Of a stretch of DNA of 64,000 nucleotides, positions 12,299-24,981 are shown piece by piece (the first letter of the stretch is position 1; every line of letters begins with the position of its first letter). The DNA is from Azolla caroliniana. Lineage: Eukaryota > Plantae > Polypodiophyta. The DNA is taken from positions 18,228,001-18,292,000 of the forward strand of contig JBHGNT010000013.1 in the NCBI GenBank assembly GCA_043228905.1, read 5' to 3'. The position numbers and the translations under genes are program-made. The notes beneath the pieces are model-generated. The model saw only the letters and a program-made list of their open reading frames with translations. It was not told where the DNA came from and did no database searches.

Positions 12299-15200
12299 AT
12301 GTCCAGCCAAATGGAAGGGGAAGAAGGGTGTTTAGAATTACCCCTCAATGATCATAAGGATAGGGATGATGTTATCAGGACACAACAAGCCATACGAAAC
12401 TATTGGGCAGAAAAAAGAAGGAAACATCGTCAATTGTTGAAGGATACGAAAGCCACACTCAGTAAAGGTAAGGATAGTTTAGCTGAGAATGTAAGTAATG
12501 CGACTACCATCATAGAGAGAAAAGTTGTAGACTATTTCAATGTTCAAACCAAGCACATCAACAATGAAGAAAAGAAGGTAGTACTTTATGGAATATGTAA
12601 TGATCCATCGATAAAGGACTTAGTTGATTGTGATGGTCTTAATGCAAACATATCATCTATTTTAGTAAATAATCTTCGTAATAGTTTCGTATCCATGAGC
12701 AGGTCAGAAGATGATCTTGTCTTAAAAAGGTCTAGTCTAATGATGTTACTTAATAGTGATGTTGACGATATAAACATCAGTGAGCTATCTAAGGTAATTG
12801 GTGTTAGTAGAAAAACAGTGTACAATACAATGAACCGTATAATTTCCTCGGGTGAAGGAACTAGTCTACTAAAGCTAACTACAAGATGTAAGCCAATGAC
12901 ACCCATAACATTTGAAATCAAGGATGTAATCACAATGTTTTGGACTAATGAGAGTAGGGTTTCACCCAATAAAAAGGATTTATGCAGGAAACGTGTTGGA
13001 AGAAATCAATACGAGGAGCATCCCATTCATCTTCTTGATGTACCTCAGGTATTTACATTTATCTCAACATTTGTTTTGACTCTACTCGGAAAGTTAATTA
13101 GCTCAGTTAGCAGAAAAGCTAATTAGCTTATCAGTTACATTTACCTCAGTTAGCTACTAGGATAGCTACTACATAGGTAACTGGCTACTCTCAATAGCTA
13201 CTACCATGATAGCTAATTAGCTATTCTCAATAGCTAATTTAGGTACTACCAGATAATTAGCTATACTGGTAGCTAGTTAGCTATCATGGTAGCTAGTTAG
13301 CTATTTCGTTATTACCAGCTAATTAGCTACTAGGAAAGCTAATTAGCTACCATGATAGCTAATTAGCTACCATGATAGCTAATTAGCTACTATGATAGCT
13401 ACTACATAGGTAACTGGCTACTCTCAATAGCTACTACCATGATAGCTAATTAGCTATTCTCAATAGCTAATTTAGGTACTACCAGATAATTAGTTGTACT
13501 GGTAGTTAGTTAGCTATCATGGTAGCTAGTTTGTTATTTCGTTATTACCAGCTAATTAGCTACTAGGAAAGCTAATTAGCTACCATGATAGCTAATTAGC
13601 TTACTAGGATAGCTTATTAGCCACCGTGATAGCTAATTTGCTACTAGACCAGCTAATTTGCTACCATGATAGCTAATTAGTTAGGACAGCTAATTAGCCA
13701 CCATCATAGCTAATTAGCTACTAGACCAGCTAATTAGCTATCATGATAGCTAATTAGCTACTAGACCAGCTAATTAGCTACCATGATAGCTAATTAGTTA
13801 CTAGGACAACTAATTAGCCACCATGATAGCTAATTAGCTACTAGACCCGCTAATTAGCTACCATGATAGCTAATTAGCTACTAGACCAGCTAATTAGCTA
13901 CCATGATAGCTAATTAGTTACTAGGAAAGCTAATTAGCCACCATGACAGCTAATTAGCTACTAGAATAGCTAATTAGTTACCATGATAGCTAATTAGCTA
14001 CTACTACAGCTAATTAGCTACCATGATAGCTAATTAGCTACTATGACATCTAATTAGCTACCATGATAGCTAATTAGCTACTAGGACAACTAATTAGCTA
14101 CTAGGATAGCTAATTAGCTACCATGATAGCTAATTAGCTACTAGGACAACTAATTAGCTACCATGATAGCTAATTAGCTACTAGAATAGCTAATTAGCTA
14201 CTAGAATAGCTAATTAGCTACTAGGATAGTTAGCTAGTTACGAGAATAACTAATTCCCCTTTATTACGCAGGTTGATTTATTTATTAGGTTCAAACGAAT
14301 GCATCCAACTATCAAAGTTCAACTACGAACATTCGAGTCTCTTAAGCCACACTTTGTGAGACGCTTAAAGGATCGATACACATGTTGTTGCATTTACCAT
14401 GTATAGATGGGTTTTCTGAAGGACTCTGTTAATCTACTACGTCACCATAGCGCATCCCTAACTAATACAGTTTGCACATGTGGGTGCCCAATCTGTCGAT
14501 CAAGCCCGCAAGAGGAGTGTAAATCATCTGAGCACGTTATCTTTTCCATGAGTTATTTATTAGATTCAATATTGTGTCCAAGAGAAACTGATGCTATCTT
14601 CCATATTCATAAATGTGTTATGGGTTTATGTCAAGATTGTGGCCCTACTAGATTTAGGTGGTGTCCAAATGAATTGAGTAGTGAAATATTGATCTCTGTG
14701 AAGTTATTTGAGTCAGTGAACACCAATTTCGAAGGAAAGGTGTGTAAAAGAAAGGATCTAGTTCGGGAGATGCTTAAACCAAGGGATTTGGTGTCTCTGT
14801 TTGTAGTATCTCTAGGAAAGTTCATTAAACACAACTTCATTTATTCATGGCAGGCCCATCAGTTTAAGACTTGCATATCTGATTTCCCAAATGATGTAGT
14901 AGTCTCAGTAGTAGATTTCGCAGAGAATTATACTTTCAAGCAACAGAATGAAATTCAATCTATGCATTGGTGTTCAGTTCAGGTAACCATTTTTGTGCAC
15001 ATAACATATTTTCGAGTTTCAGGTGATGCTAAAAAAGTAATTCATTTCTTTATTTCCGATGATAAGAAGCATGATAGCTTGTTCGTCCAACACTGTTTTA
15101 AGTTACATTGGCAGTGGTTATTAGCTCAACATTTGGAGCTTACTCAACATTGGGTCTGGTCTGACGGAGCTGCGTCACAATTCAAGGCTCGAAGTCCATT

Positions 15201-16099
15201 TTATTTTGTGGGGAGGTATCCTGCTATAACAGGTTTGGAGATGAGATGGATTTTTTTTGGGTCTGGCCATGGTAAAGGTGAACATGATGGTGCAGGGGTT
15301 GTTATAAAGCGGGCACTTACTCATGAACAACTAAAGACAGATGGTGTGCACATGAATTGTGCATCACATGTAGTTGAATTTTTAAGAACAAATATGTCAA
15401 CGAGTGCCACAGGTGTTTATTCCTCGCAAGTCCGAGATATCAAACGTGAATTTTGGGAAGTGAAGATAGATGACGTAAATAGGGAGAAGACCTGGGAGTG
15501 CCAAGGAATTCCCGAATTGCGATCTCTACATGCTGTTCGCGGTTATTCCAGGTTGGATGGTCATTGTATTGCGGTTAGAGAATTGACTTGTTTTTGCTTC
15601 CATTGTGTGTAGGGAAATTGGAGATATTGTCTAAACAAAGCATACATTCAGAATTGGGAGTATCACACTCTGAATGATAAGGAAGCAGTTGATGGAGAAA
15701 CAAGGCAAAATGCTGACTTCACATATGAGGGACTTGGAGATACTTTGAGTGATGTCCTGAACGTTGGGGATAACTTCGCTGTAAATGCTGAAGAAGGCAA
15801 TTCAGAGGGTGCTGATTTCTATATATTAAAGTGCACGGTTAGTAAACAGTGTGCAAGGCAGAATATTGTAGATGCATGGGGAAATTTTGTATCTGCCGGG
15901 ACATTCTACATATGCAAAACTAGATGACTACGAATATGTGTACAGGCTGTTAGAAGACAAACCAGCGGCGTATATGTACTCTCATTTGGTCAGGTGCATC
16001 AACATCCCAATGTCAGAGTACAATAGCTGCTCCGGTTTATACACTGTTGGTGCTAATGTGTATGAATGTATTTACAATAGTATGCCATGGAATTTGTAG
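12299..16099 (+). pseudogene. Sola2-like DDD transposase, 2 exons (12299-13048 and 14272-16099)
   Basis: GT at 13049 and AG at 14270-14271 join HLLDVPQ|VDLFIRFK...LKPHFV...CCCIYH in phase 0. Motifs VDFAENY, EIQSMHW, SDDKKHD, WSDGAASQFK, GHGKGEHDG. HTH-like ISELSKVIGVSRKTVY in exon 1. TAG stops at 14404 and 15610, frameshift near 15915. Confidence 0.85.
13115..14255. repeat. Intronic satellite of the palindrome TAGCTAATTAGCTA (~20-bp period)
   Basis: Dozens of gatagctaattagctaccat / ctactag units filling transposase intron 13049-14271, with a higher-order duplication (13161 vs 13394). Confidence 0.95.
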
Positions 16100-17503
16100 C
16101 TACAAGTAGCACTTACCATGTTCTCTTGTAAAACAAACATGTATTTCGCGAAAACAGTTAAATAAATTCGTTTGGAATCAATTTCTTGTATATAGTCTGC
16201 TTTCTGTGTTTCTTTCTCAATAAAATCATGTCTTTTTTGTTAAGTTTTAAGTTATAAGTTATAGCGAAATAGTCATCAGTAGCTAATTAGCTGTACAAAT
16301 GCAGCTAATTAGCTGTCAATAGCTAAATAGTCATCAATAGCATGAAATCAACAATCTGCAACATATTCCTCAAATTACACAGTAGATAAGTACAGTGGGA
16401 ACAAGTAATTAAATTCTTCATTGAATAATGCCATCTCTTTACATATTTATAAATTACCATTGGAAATGTCAACAAATCTCCTATAAACAGCTAAGCTCTT
16501 GCTAGTCAGTGGAACGAGTCTACATATATTATCCGCATATCAAGCTCGGTATGGAGTTCATAACCATGCACCTAGTTGGCAGCTCACTGTTTGCACCAGG
16601 TACTGTTCAGGCATTTCCTCGGGTAGAATGAGACAGCATCTCCGAATATTGAAGTAGTGCCGGAAATGTTCTGTATCCAAAATCAATGTATTGTTGGCAT
16701 TATATTCAGGCCAAGTAGCCCAAAAATCAGAAAGTCTCTTGAATCTTGCAGCTTCCATTTGCTCACAATTTTCTCGTTGTCGAGGTATTCCTCGCGGATG
16801 CATGGAATGAGGCGGGACCTCGGGGGTCTTGTACCAAAGAGCAAGAGAGAAAGGAGAAGGGAAGAGACCCGCTAGGTGCGAGCGTGGATCCACAGGGACA
16901 TGGCCCTTCGACACGAAGACGCGAGCGGGAAACCAACACAGAGAGACACGAAGGAATGTATGTATATATTAACAGAGACAAACAACAAAACACGGAAGCA
17001 ACAAAAACACGAAGTCGGTTACAACCGAACAGGCCGGCGAACAGATGCCGATGCCTGTTCGTAAACGCACAGAAAGACAGGAGCAGGTTGGAGGTGCTGC
17101 CGGAAGCACTCGGGCATTCCTCAGAGCAGCGCGAGCCTCCCGAAACCTGCACAGAAGGAAGCTATGGAGTTTGCGAACCAGAGAGAGAGAGAGAGAGAAG
17201 CCTTCGTACGCAACCGACAGCACTTCGTCCTCGACTCTCCGCGATCCCTCCTCTTTCGCGTCTCCCTCCTTTTATAGGCAGGGAAGGAGCCGTTTCCCCC
17301 CCCCCCTAACTTCCTACCCACCGAATCTACCTAGGATCTCCTATGTACAACTTAAGGCGCACGTGCATGAAGAGTCGGTTTCTACGCTCCGGTGCACGGA
17401 TTCCGCTCGTGGACGGTTTTCTTCACGACATCCGCCCCCACCTAACCGTGCATCCACCGGCATGCGCCAAATTGTGTTGGGACGGAGAAAACCGGTCCAG
17501 CCT

Positions 17504-20500
17504 TCATTCCCCGCCCGTCGGTTCTTCCTCGGTTTCGGATCGTTCGTCGTCCCGGTCCAGGCTAACCGGATCCGGCTCGTTGTCGTGACCCGCTTTGACC
17601 CGCTTCCCCGCTACCGGTATCGCCATTCGCGTACCGTCGAGTTCCGCCAGATGGTACGTCCCGTTGTCGTTGGCGCTTTGTACCACGTAAGGCCCGAACC
17701 ACCTTCTTGCGAATTTCCGTGTCGCTCGGTGCTGGTTGTTAAGGCTGCTGTCGTAGACTAGCACCCAGTCGCCTTCCTCGATCTTCTTCGGTCGGCGCCA
17801 GTGCGTTCGGTCGAACCGGGCTTTGTTCCTCATCCTTGCTTCCCAAAGCTTCTCCGCAGCCTGCTCCACGTCCTCCGGTCTTCGCTCGAGTTGTCGTATA
17901 CGCGCCGCCAGCAGTTCCTCCCTGCTCATCTCGTTTCTCCAGTCCACGGTTGCCCACGAGGAGATCGTACGTTCCATTGGCATGACCGGCTTCTGCCCAA
18001 ACATGAGTTCTGCCGGCATGAATCCGGTTACCGAACTATGCGTAGTTCGGTCCGCCCACAACGCGTAAGGCAATAGCCGCGGCCAGTTCCCGACTTGTCC
18101 TCCGCATGCCCGAACTAACGCCTTGACGATCGGTCTGTGTCCGCGCTCCACCTTCCCATTCGCCTCCGGATTGTACGCAGTGGTAAGCGAGAGCTCGACT
18201 CCTAGCCAGTCGAACAGCTCCTCGGCCTCTTCAGCGTCCAACTCACCGCGATCAACCACGATCTTCCCGACGCACCCGTACTGGCATATCACGTCCTCGA
18301 TCATGAACCGACATACGGCCGCGGTCGTTTTGTTCTGAAGGGCTCGGCCTTCCACCTGGTTCGTCAGATCTTCCCAAGCCAGGACCAGATACCGCATCTG
18401 TCCTACTCCCATCGGCATCGTCACCAGGTCTACCATCCATTTGAAGTGGATGGTCGGAGGGTACGTAGGGTGAAGCTCGTCCCGATGTCGAACTATGGAG
18501 TGCATCTGACAGCTCTCGCAAGTTGTCACGAATCGATGCACGTCCCGGTACAGTCCCGGCCACCAGTACTTCCCCTTTATCTTCTCGAACGTGGCCCACG
18601 TTCCACGGTGTTCAGCCCAAGGGCTGTCGTGGTAGGCCGTCAGCAGCTCCTCCTGTTCTTCCTTCATCGCCACCACCCGGAGCGGGACGCCGTTCCTCTT
18701 CTTCGGGTGCTTCCATAAGTATCTGTCCCGGAGAAAGAATCGATAAGCTTTCTTCTGGATCCGGTTGGCCTCGTCCTTCGTCCATGACGCATCCGGCGTC
18801 ATTGTCCTCAGAAACCTACCGATCTGGAGCCACTCGCCATCGTACTTGCTCTCGTCGAACCCGTTAAGTGCCGGAGTGCTCGTCCCATCGGTCGTCACGT
18901 ACGCCGCTTCGAAGAAGTCCACGCCGACTTCTTCGTCCTCCGAAACCATGCCGCCCTCGTCATCAAACCTCGCCCTTGAAAGCATGTCGGCCATGGCATT
19001 CTCCTTTCTGGAAATGTGCCGTATTTCCGGATCCAGGGACTTGATGTAAGCTATCCACCTGAGCATCGCCAGGTCCGGTGTCGCGCATCCGGAAACCATG
19101 CCGAGAATTGGCAGGCAATCCATCTCGACGATCACTTCCGTCCCGATCAGGTAGTCTTTGTCGGCCTTTACTGCCGAAACGATACCCCAGAGTTAGCGTT
19201 TAAACTGGGCGTACCCTCGCTGTCGCTCACTGAGGACCTTCGCGCCGAATCGGATCGGGAACCGAATGCCGTCCCCGTCTTCTTGGTTGACGACCCATCC
19301 GATCCCGGTCGGACTCGTATCCACCGTTATGTATACCGGGGTACCCTTCTCGTAGACAGCCTTCCGGAGCGCCGGTGCTGCCGCAAGAGCTTCCTTCAGC
19401 TTCCGGACCGACTGCGTGTGCTCGTCTCGCCACTCGAACTTTCGCCCTTTCTTCAGCAACCCGTATAGCGGCTCCGCAACGTGGGCGTAATGCGGGATCC
19501 ATATGTGGTAGAATGCGCATGCCCCGAGGAACCTCCGAACTTCCGTAACCGAGCTACAATCGGTCTTCATCACGGAGATGGCTTCTACCTTTGCCGGAGA
19601 CGGCTTCCGGCCATACGGTCCACATAGGTGCCCGACCACCAGGATTTTTGACTGCCCGAAGGCCGATTTCTCCCCGGAGAAAGTGAGCCTCGCATCCTCT
19701 AGCCTTTGTAGCACCTTCTCGCAGTCGCCGATGTGAGTTGCCACGAATCGCCGGCATCTGTCCGGCCCGACTGTCTCGTCCTTCTCTTCCACCGGGCACC
19801 CTTTGATAGGGATGTCGTCTAGAAACGGCATGGTGATGTCCGGGATGCAATCCCTCAGTACCTTGTTCATTGCATTCACCATGTGGGCCACCGAGTTGGT
19901 CCCTCCTTGCGGCAGGGTACACATTCGCACTAGGCCGAGGGGGGTTCGCATCGTCGTAATGTCTCTGCTCTCCACGGCTAGCTGGAACTGGTCGTACCCC
20001 GAGTACAGATCACCGACCGAGTAAATCGACCTTCCGGCGAAGGCCTCTGCGAACTCGTCTATGGTCGGTCCGATTCCTGCGTTCCGAATGGTCACTCTGT
20101 TGACCGACAGCAGGTCCTGAATGAAGCGCAATGTTCCGTTTTTCTTTGGTACGGTAAACCATCGATTCGAGTATGGCGCACTCGACGGTTCGAGAATACC
20201 CATATCGACTTTCTGCCTCAGTAGCCCCATCAACTCCGGGATGTGAGCTCTTGGTACCGGAATCAGCTTGAGATTCCACGGCACATGCGGTACTGTGAAT
20301 ATCACCATCGGCTCCACGATCGTCGGGTCTACGCACCCGATTTCTTCCGGCGAGAATGCGAAGGCTTTCCCGTGCCTTCCGAGCATTTTCCGAAACCGGT
20401 CTTCCTCCACAGGCAGTAGGAACCCGCCCCCACCGATCCTAAGCTCCCGGAGCGTCCCGTCGGTGAAGGTGTGTCCTATGCAGGTCGGGTCTCGTAAACA

Positions 20501-23114
20501 GGGGTCCGACGCCACCCCTCTGATTCGGGACTCGCTGCCCTCCGGCAAGGGTGCCACGACTGGCCTTACCTTCCGGTCCACAGTCTTGTACTTCGTGCTA
20601 ACTCGGGCCGTCCGATCTGACCCGAGCCCCTGACTGAAGTTCGCGATGACTTCGTACATCTCTTCGGAACATACCGGTATCGTCCGGTCTTCGTTAAGGT
20701 CTTCTCCGGCTACCTTCCTCAGCATTCCCAAGGTGTCGTCGAAGGAGACCGCCTCCACGGCTCCGCTGATTTCCTCGTCCGGGCCGAGAACTCCGCACGC
20801 TCGAAGTCGCACTTTCGCCCTTGTCTTTTCTCGGCCGACGATGCCGACTATCATACACCCTCCCTTGTTGGAGAAGCAAAATTTCCTACCTATCGTACAG
20901 TCGTGGGGTCTTTCCCGAGTGTCCAGACTGTCTCGGCCCCACGCCTTGGCAGCCCTCTCTAAAAATCCTCCCGGTTCTCGCCACCGAGGGATTCGCGGTT
21001 CCTCTCGTGGTTCGGTCTCACGGTCAGAAATTGGACCGAATGGCGCCCGTCCTGGCTTTTGACCCTTGCGTAGGCCGAACTGTTGTCTAGCACCTTGGTC
21101 TCCATTCGAGCCGCTGTGATGTATGGTTCCCCTAATATGACCGGGTGCGAGGACGTCTCCTGTACGAAGAACTGCTAGTCAATCTCGACGTCGCCGATCT
21201 TGACTCGCACGTTCAGGCAGGCCCCATGCAGTTCCTCGGTGGCGCGCGTCGCGCCGCCCATATCTTCCACCCGTGCTTGGTGTTGATCGGCCACTTCCCC
21301 TTCTTATAGAAGTCCATGGACATCAGGTTTATTTCCGAACCGTGGTCCACCAGTGCCACCACCGGTTCCTGAACCTCTCCGATCTTTACCGGGGTCTCTG
21401 TGGTCGCTCGGGCCCAGTGTGGCCTCGAATAGTGGCTCTCCGCCCACTCATCTGCCAACGCCGAGTCGTCGATGTGCGTCGTCCGCACCTCTACCGGTCT
21501 TTCCGGATCCGTCTCCGTCGACAGCCTCTTCCGTTTCACCAAGTCTACAATGGAGTCGTGGAACTCCTTCTTGGCGATCCCTAACACCTCTCGCAATGTC
21601 AGCTCCACTTTGCTGTCGAGGATCCGTTCTTCTACGACCTTTCGTAGGTCCGTAGTCCTTTCTATCTCCGTCCCCAGTCGGTATCCGCCCTTCCTGGGGT
21701 TATCTTGCGAGCTGGACCCGCCGGCATCGTTCCGTCGTTGCCCGAATCGGGTCTCGTATCGTTGTGAGGGCCTGGCCGCTCCGGCTTTCCCCACTCGCTT
21801 GTCTTCTACCAGAGCCTCGTAGTTCTGGCAGGCGGCTTCTAGGAAGCCTGTCTTCTCCTCGACCGGATCGCTCCACCCCGTTATTTCCCGGACCCGTTTC
21901 TAAGCACGGTCCGATTCATCCTTCTTCAACTGTGCGCCGGCAAGACCTTCCAGCATTGCCGACCAGAATCCGTCTTTGCCCTCCTTTCGGGCCTCGCTGC
22001 CCCCGACCCGAATGCCGGCCGACGCCGAGTAGTGGATGGCCTCCTCGTGTCGGGCCGCTGCCTCTTCCATCAGTCTCTTCATACCTCCTCGTCCGTCGTT
22101 TCGGTTTAGGGTCCTTCTGGTGTCGCCGGCGTGCACCCGGCCTTCCCACAGGTACACCACCCGGTTCCTCAATGCTTCTGCGAAATCGCCGCAGTCCTTC
22201 CGGATGTGGCCGACCTCGTCGCACCACATGCACCTGTTCCCTACTGCCGGCCGTCGGTCACGAGCCGGTTCACCGCCTTCCCTTCGAGTCTGGGCGATCT
22301 GGAGATCCTTTATCGCCCGCGTCAACTCCTCCAGCGTTGCTCCTCCGGACGAGCCATTGACCATGCCGGTCGAAGCCGGACCGGTTTTGAGCCATTCCCG
22401 GGTCTCTTCCCTTCGCACTTGCGGTGCCGGTTCAAGCCTCCTTGTTGTGACAGAGCCCGCACCTGCCGCCCCGTTGGCAGCCAATTCTCGCCGTTTATCG
22501 AAACGGCCACAGACTCTCTTAACCGCAGCCCAGTCGGCTGTCAGCCCGTCCTCGGTCTCCAGCAGGGAGCCGACTTGGTCCCGGTCCCGCTCATCCATCG
22601 ACTTGACGAACAGTAGGACCCGGCTCGTATCCGGAACGGTTCGGTCAAGCGCCGAAAGGCGCGCAAAGCGTTCTTCGAACTCCAGGAGGAGTGCCGTCGC
22701 GTTTCCTCCCTTGCCGGGGGACTCCACCCATTCCATGAAGTCCCGTTTCGAACGCCGGAGCGCGTCGTCCAACCCGTATTTTTCTAGGAGTCGGCCTTCG
22801 AACTCCTCCCAGGTACGGCTCTCCGCCCGTACCTCGAGCACCTCCGCATGGATGCTCGGCATCGCCACTCGAGGAAACCCGGCAAGACGCCTCTCTTCCG
22901 GAATGTCCCGCATCAGCATTTCTGCCCCGTAGGACGCCAAATACTTCGTGGCATCCTTTCCGCTGAACCGGCCGATCGTACCGACGACCGCCTCAATGGC
23001 TCTGTCGAGGGCGCCGGAGCCCTCGCGTGCGCTCAGTATCCGATCCACGGCCGAAGCCATGGCCTCTGCAAGATCCGACCCTTTCATCTTCTGCTCTTCT
23101 GCCGCCTCCTTCAC
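17504..23114 (-). pseudogene. gag-pol of the inner Gypsy copy, with stops and frameshifts
   Basis: ORFs 21900-23114 (gag, CMWCDEVGHIRKDC), 21213-21794 (protease), 19193-20854 (RT/RH), 17504-19135 (integrase with GPY motif, no chromodomain). Confidence 0.93.
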
Positions 23115-23127
23115 GTCGGGTTCACCA
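23110..23127 (-). promoter_or_regulatory. Primer-binding site, tRNA-Trp (second copy at 24961-24978)
   Basis: Plus strand ttcacgtcgggttcacca matches the 3' end of plant tRNA-Trp including CCA, three bases from the LTR. Confidence 0.85.
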
Positions 23128-23756
23128 AGATGTCGAGGTTTTCCTCGCGGATACGTGGAATGAGGCGGGACCTCAGGGGTCCTGTACCAAAGAGCAAGAA
23201 AGAAAGGAGAAGATGCCCACTGCGTGCGAGAGTAGATTCACAGGGACACGGCCCTTCGACGCAAGGACGCGAGTGGGATAGCGACACAGGAAGACACAAA
23301 CGTATGTATGTATTAACAAACAACAAACAACACAACACAGAGTCGGATACAACCGAACAGGTCGGCGAACAGATGCCGATACCTGTTCGTAAACGCACAG
23401 AAAGGCAAGAGCAGGCTGGAGGTGCTGCCGGAAGCACTTAGGCATTCCTCAGAGCAGCGCGAGCCTCCCGAAACCTGCACAGAAGGAAGCTATGGAGTTT
23501 GCGAACCAGAGAGAGAGAGAGAGAGAAGCCTTCGCATGCAACCGACATCACTTCGTCCTCGACTCTCCGCGATCCCTCCTCTTTCGCGTCTCCCTCCTTT
23601 TATAGGCAGGGAAGGAGCCGTTTCCCCCCCCCTAACTTCCTACCCACCGAATCTACGTAGGATCTCCTATGTACAACTTAAGGCGCACGTGCATGAAGAG
23701 TCGGTTTCTACGCTCCGGTGCACGGATTCCGCTCGTGGACGGTTTTCTTCACGACA

Positions 23757-24981
23757 GCGGTCCGTTTCATCTTTCCTCAGTCGTGCGCCGGCGAGGCCTT
23801 CCAGCATTGCTGACCAGAAACCGTCTTTGCTCTCCTTTCGGGCCTCGCTGGCCCCGACCCGAATACCGGCCGACGCCGAGTAGTGGATGGCCTCCTCGTG
23901 TCGGGCCGCTGCCTCTTCCATCAGTCTCTTCATACCTCCTCGCCCGTTGTTTCGGTTCAGGGCCCTCCTGGTGTCGCCGGCGTGCACCCGACCTTCCCAC
24001 AGGTACACCACCCGGTTCCTCAACGCTTCTGCGAAATCGCCGCAGTCCTTCCGGATGTGGCCGACCTCGTCGCACCACATGCACCTGTTCCCTGCTACCG
24101 GCCGTCGGTCACGAGGGGGTTCGCCGCCTTCCCTTCGAGTCTGGACGATCTGGAGATCCTTTATCGCCCGCGTCAACTCCTCCAGCGTTGCCCCTCCGGA
24201 TGAGCCATTGACCATGCTGGTCGAAGCCGGACCGGTTTCGAGCCATTCCCGGGTTTCTTCCCTTCGCACTTGCGGTGCCGGTTCAAGCCTCCTTGCTGTG
24301 ACAGAGCCCGCACCGGCCGCCCCGTTATCAGCCCATTCTCGCCGTTTGTCGAAACGGCCACAGACTCTCTTAACCGCAGCCCAGTCGGTCGTCAGCCCGT
24401 CTTCGGTTTCCAGCAAGGAGCCGACTTGATCCCGGTCCCGCTCGTCCACCTACTTGACGAACAGTAGGACCCGGCTCGTATCCAGAATGGTTCGGTCAAG
24501 CGCCGAAAGGCGCGCAAAACGTTCTTCAAACTCCAGGAGGAGTGCCGACGCGTTTCTTCCCTTGCCGGGGGACTCCACCCATTCCATGAAGTCCCGTTTC
24601 GAACGCCGGAGCGCGTCGTCCAACCCGTATTTTTCTAGGAGTCGGCCTTCGAACTCCTCCCAGGTACGGCTCTCCGCCCGTACCTCGAGCACCTCCGCAT
24701 GGATGCTCGGCATCGCCACTCGAGGGAACCCGGCAAGACGCCTCTCTTCCGGAATGTCTCGCATCAGCATTTCTGCCCCGTAGGACGCCAAATACTTCGT
24801 GGCATCCTTTCCGTTGAACCGGCCGATCGTACCGACGACCGCCTCAATGGCTCTGTCGAGGGCGTCGGAGCCCTCGCGTGCGCTCAATATCTGATCCACG
24901 GCCGAAGCCATGGCCTCCGCAAGATCCGATCCTTTCATCTTCTGCTCTTCTGCCGCCTCTTTCACGTCGGGTTCACCAAGA
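23757..24981 (-). pseudogene. Truncated second gag copy between LTRs
   Basis: Closely similar to 21905-23130, cut at ...KDETDR by the middle LTR, TAG stop at 24450. Confidence 0.9.
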
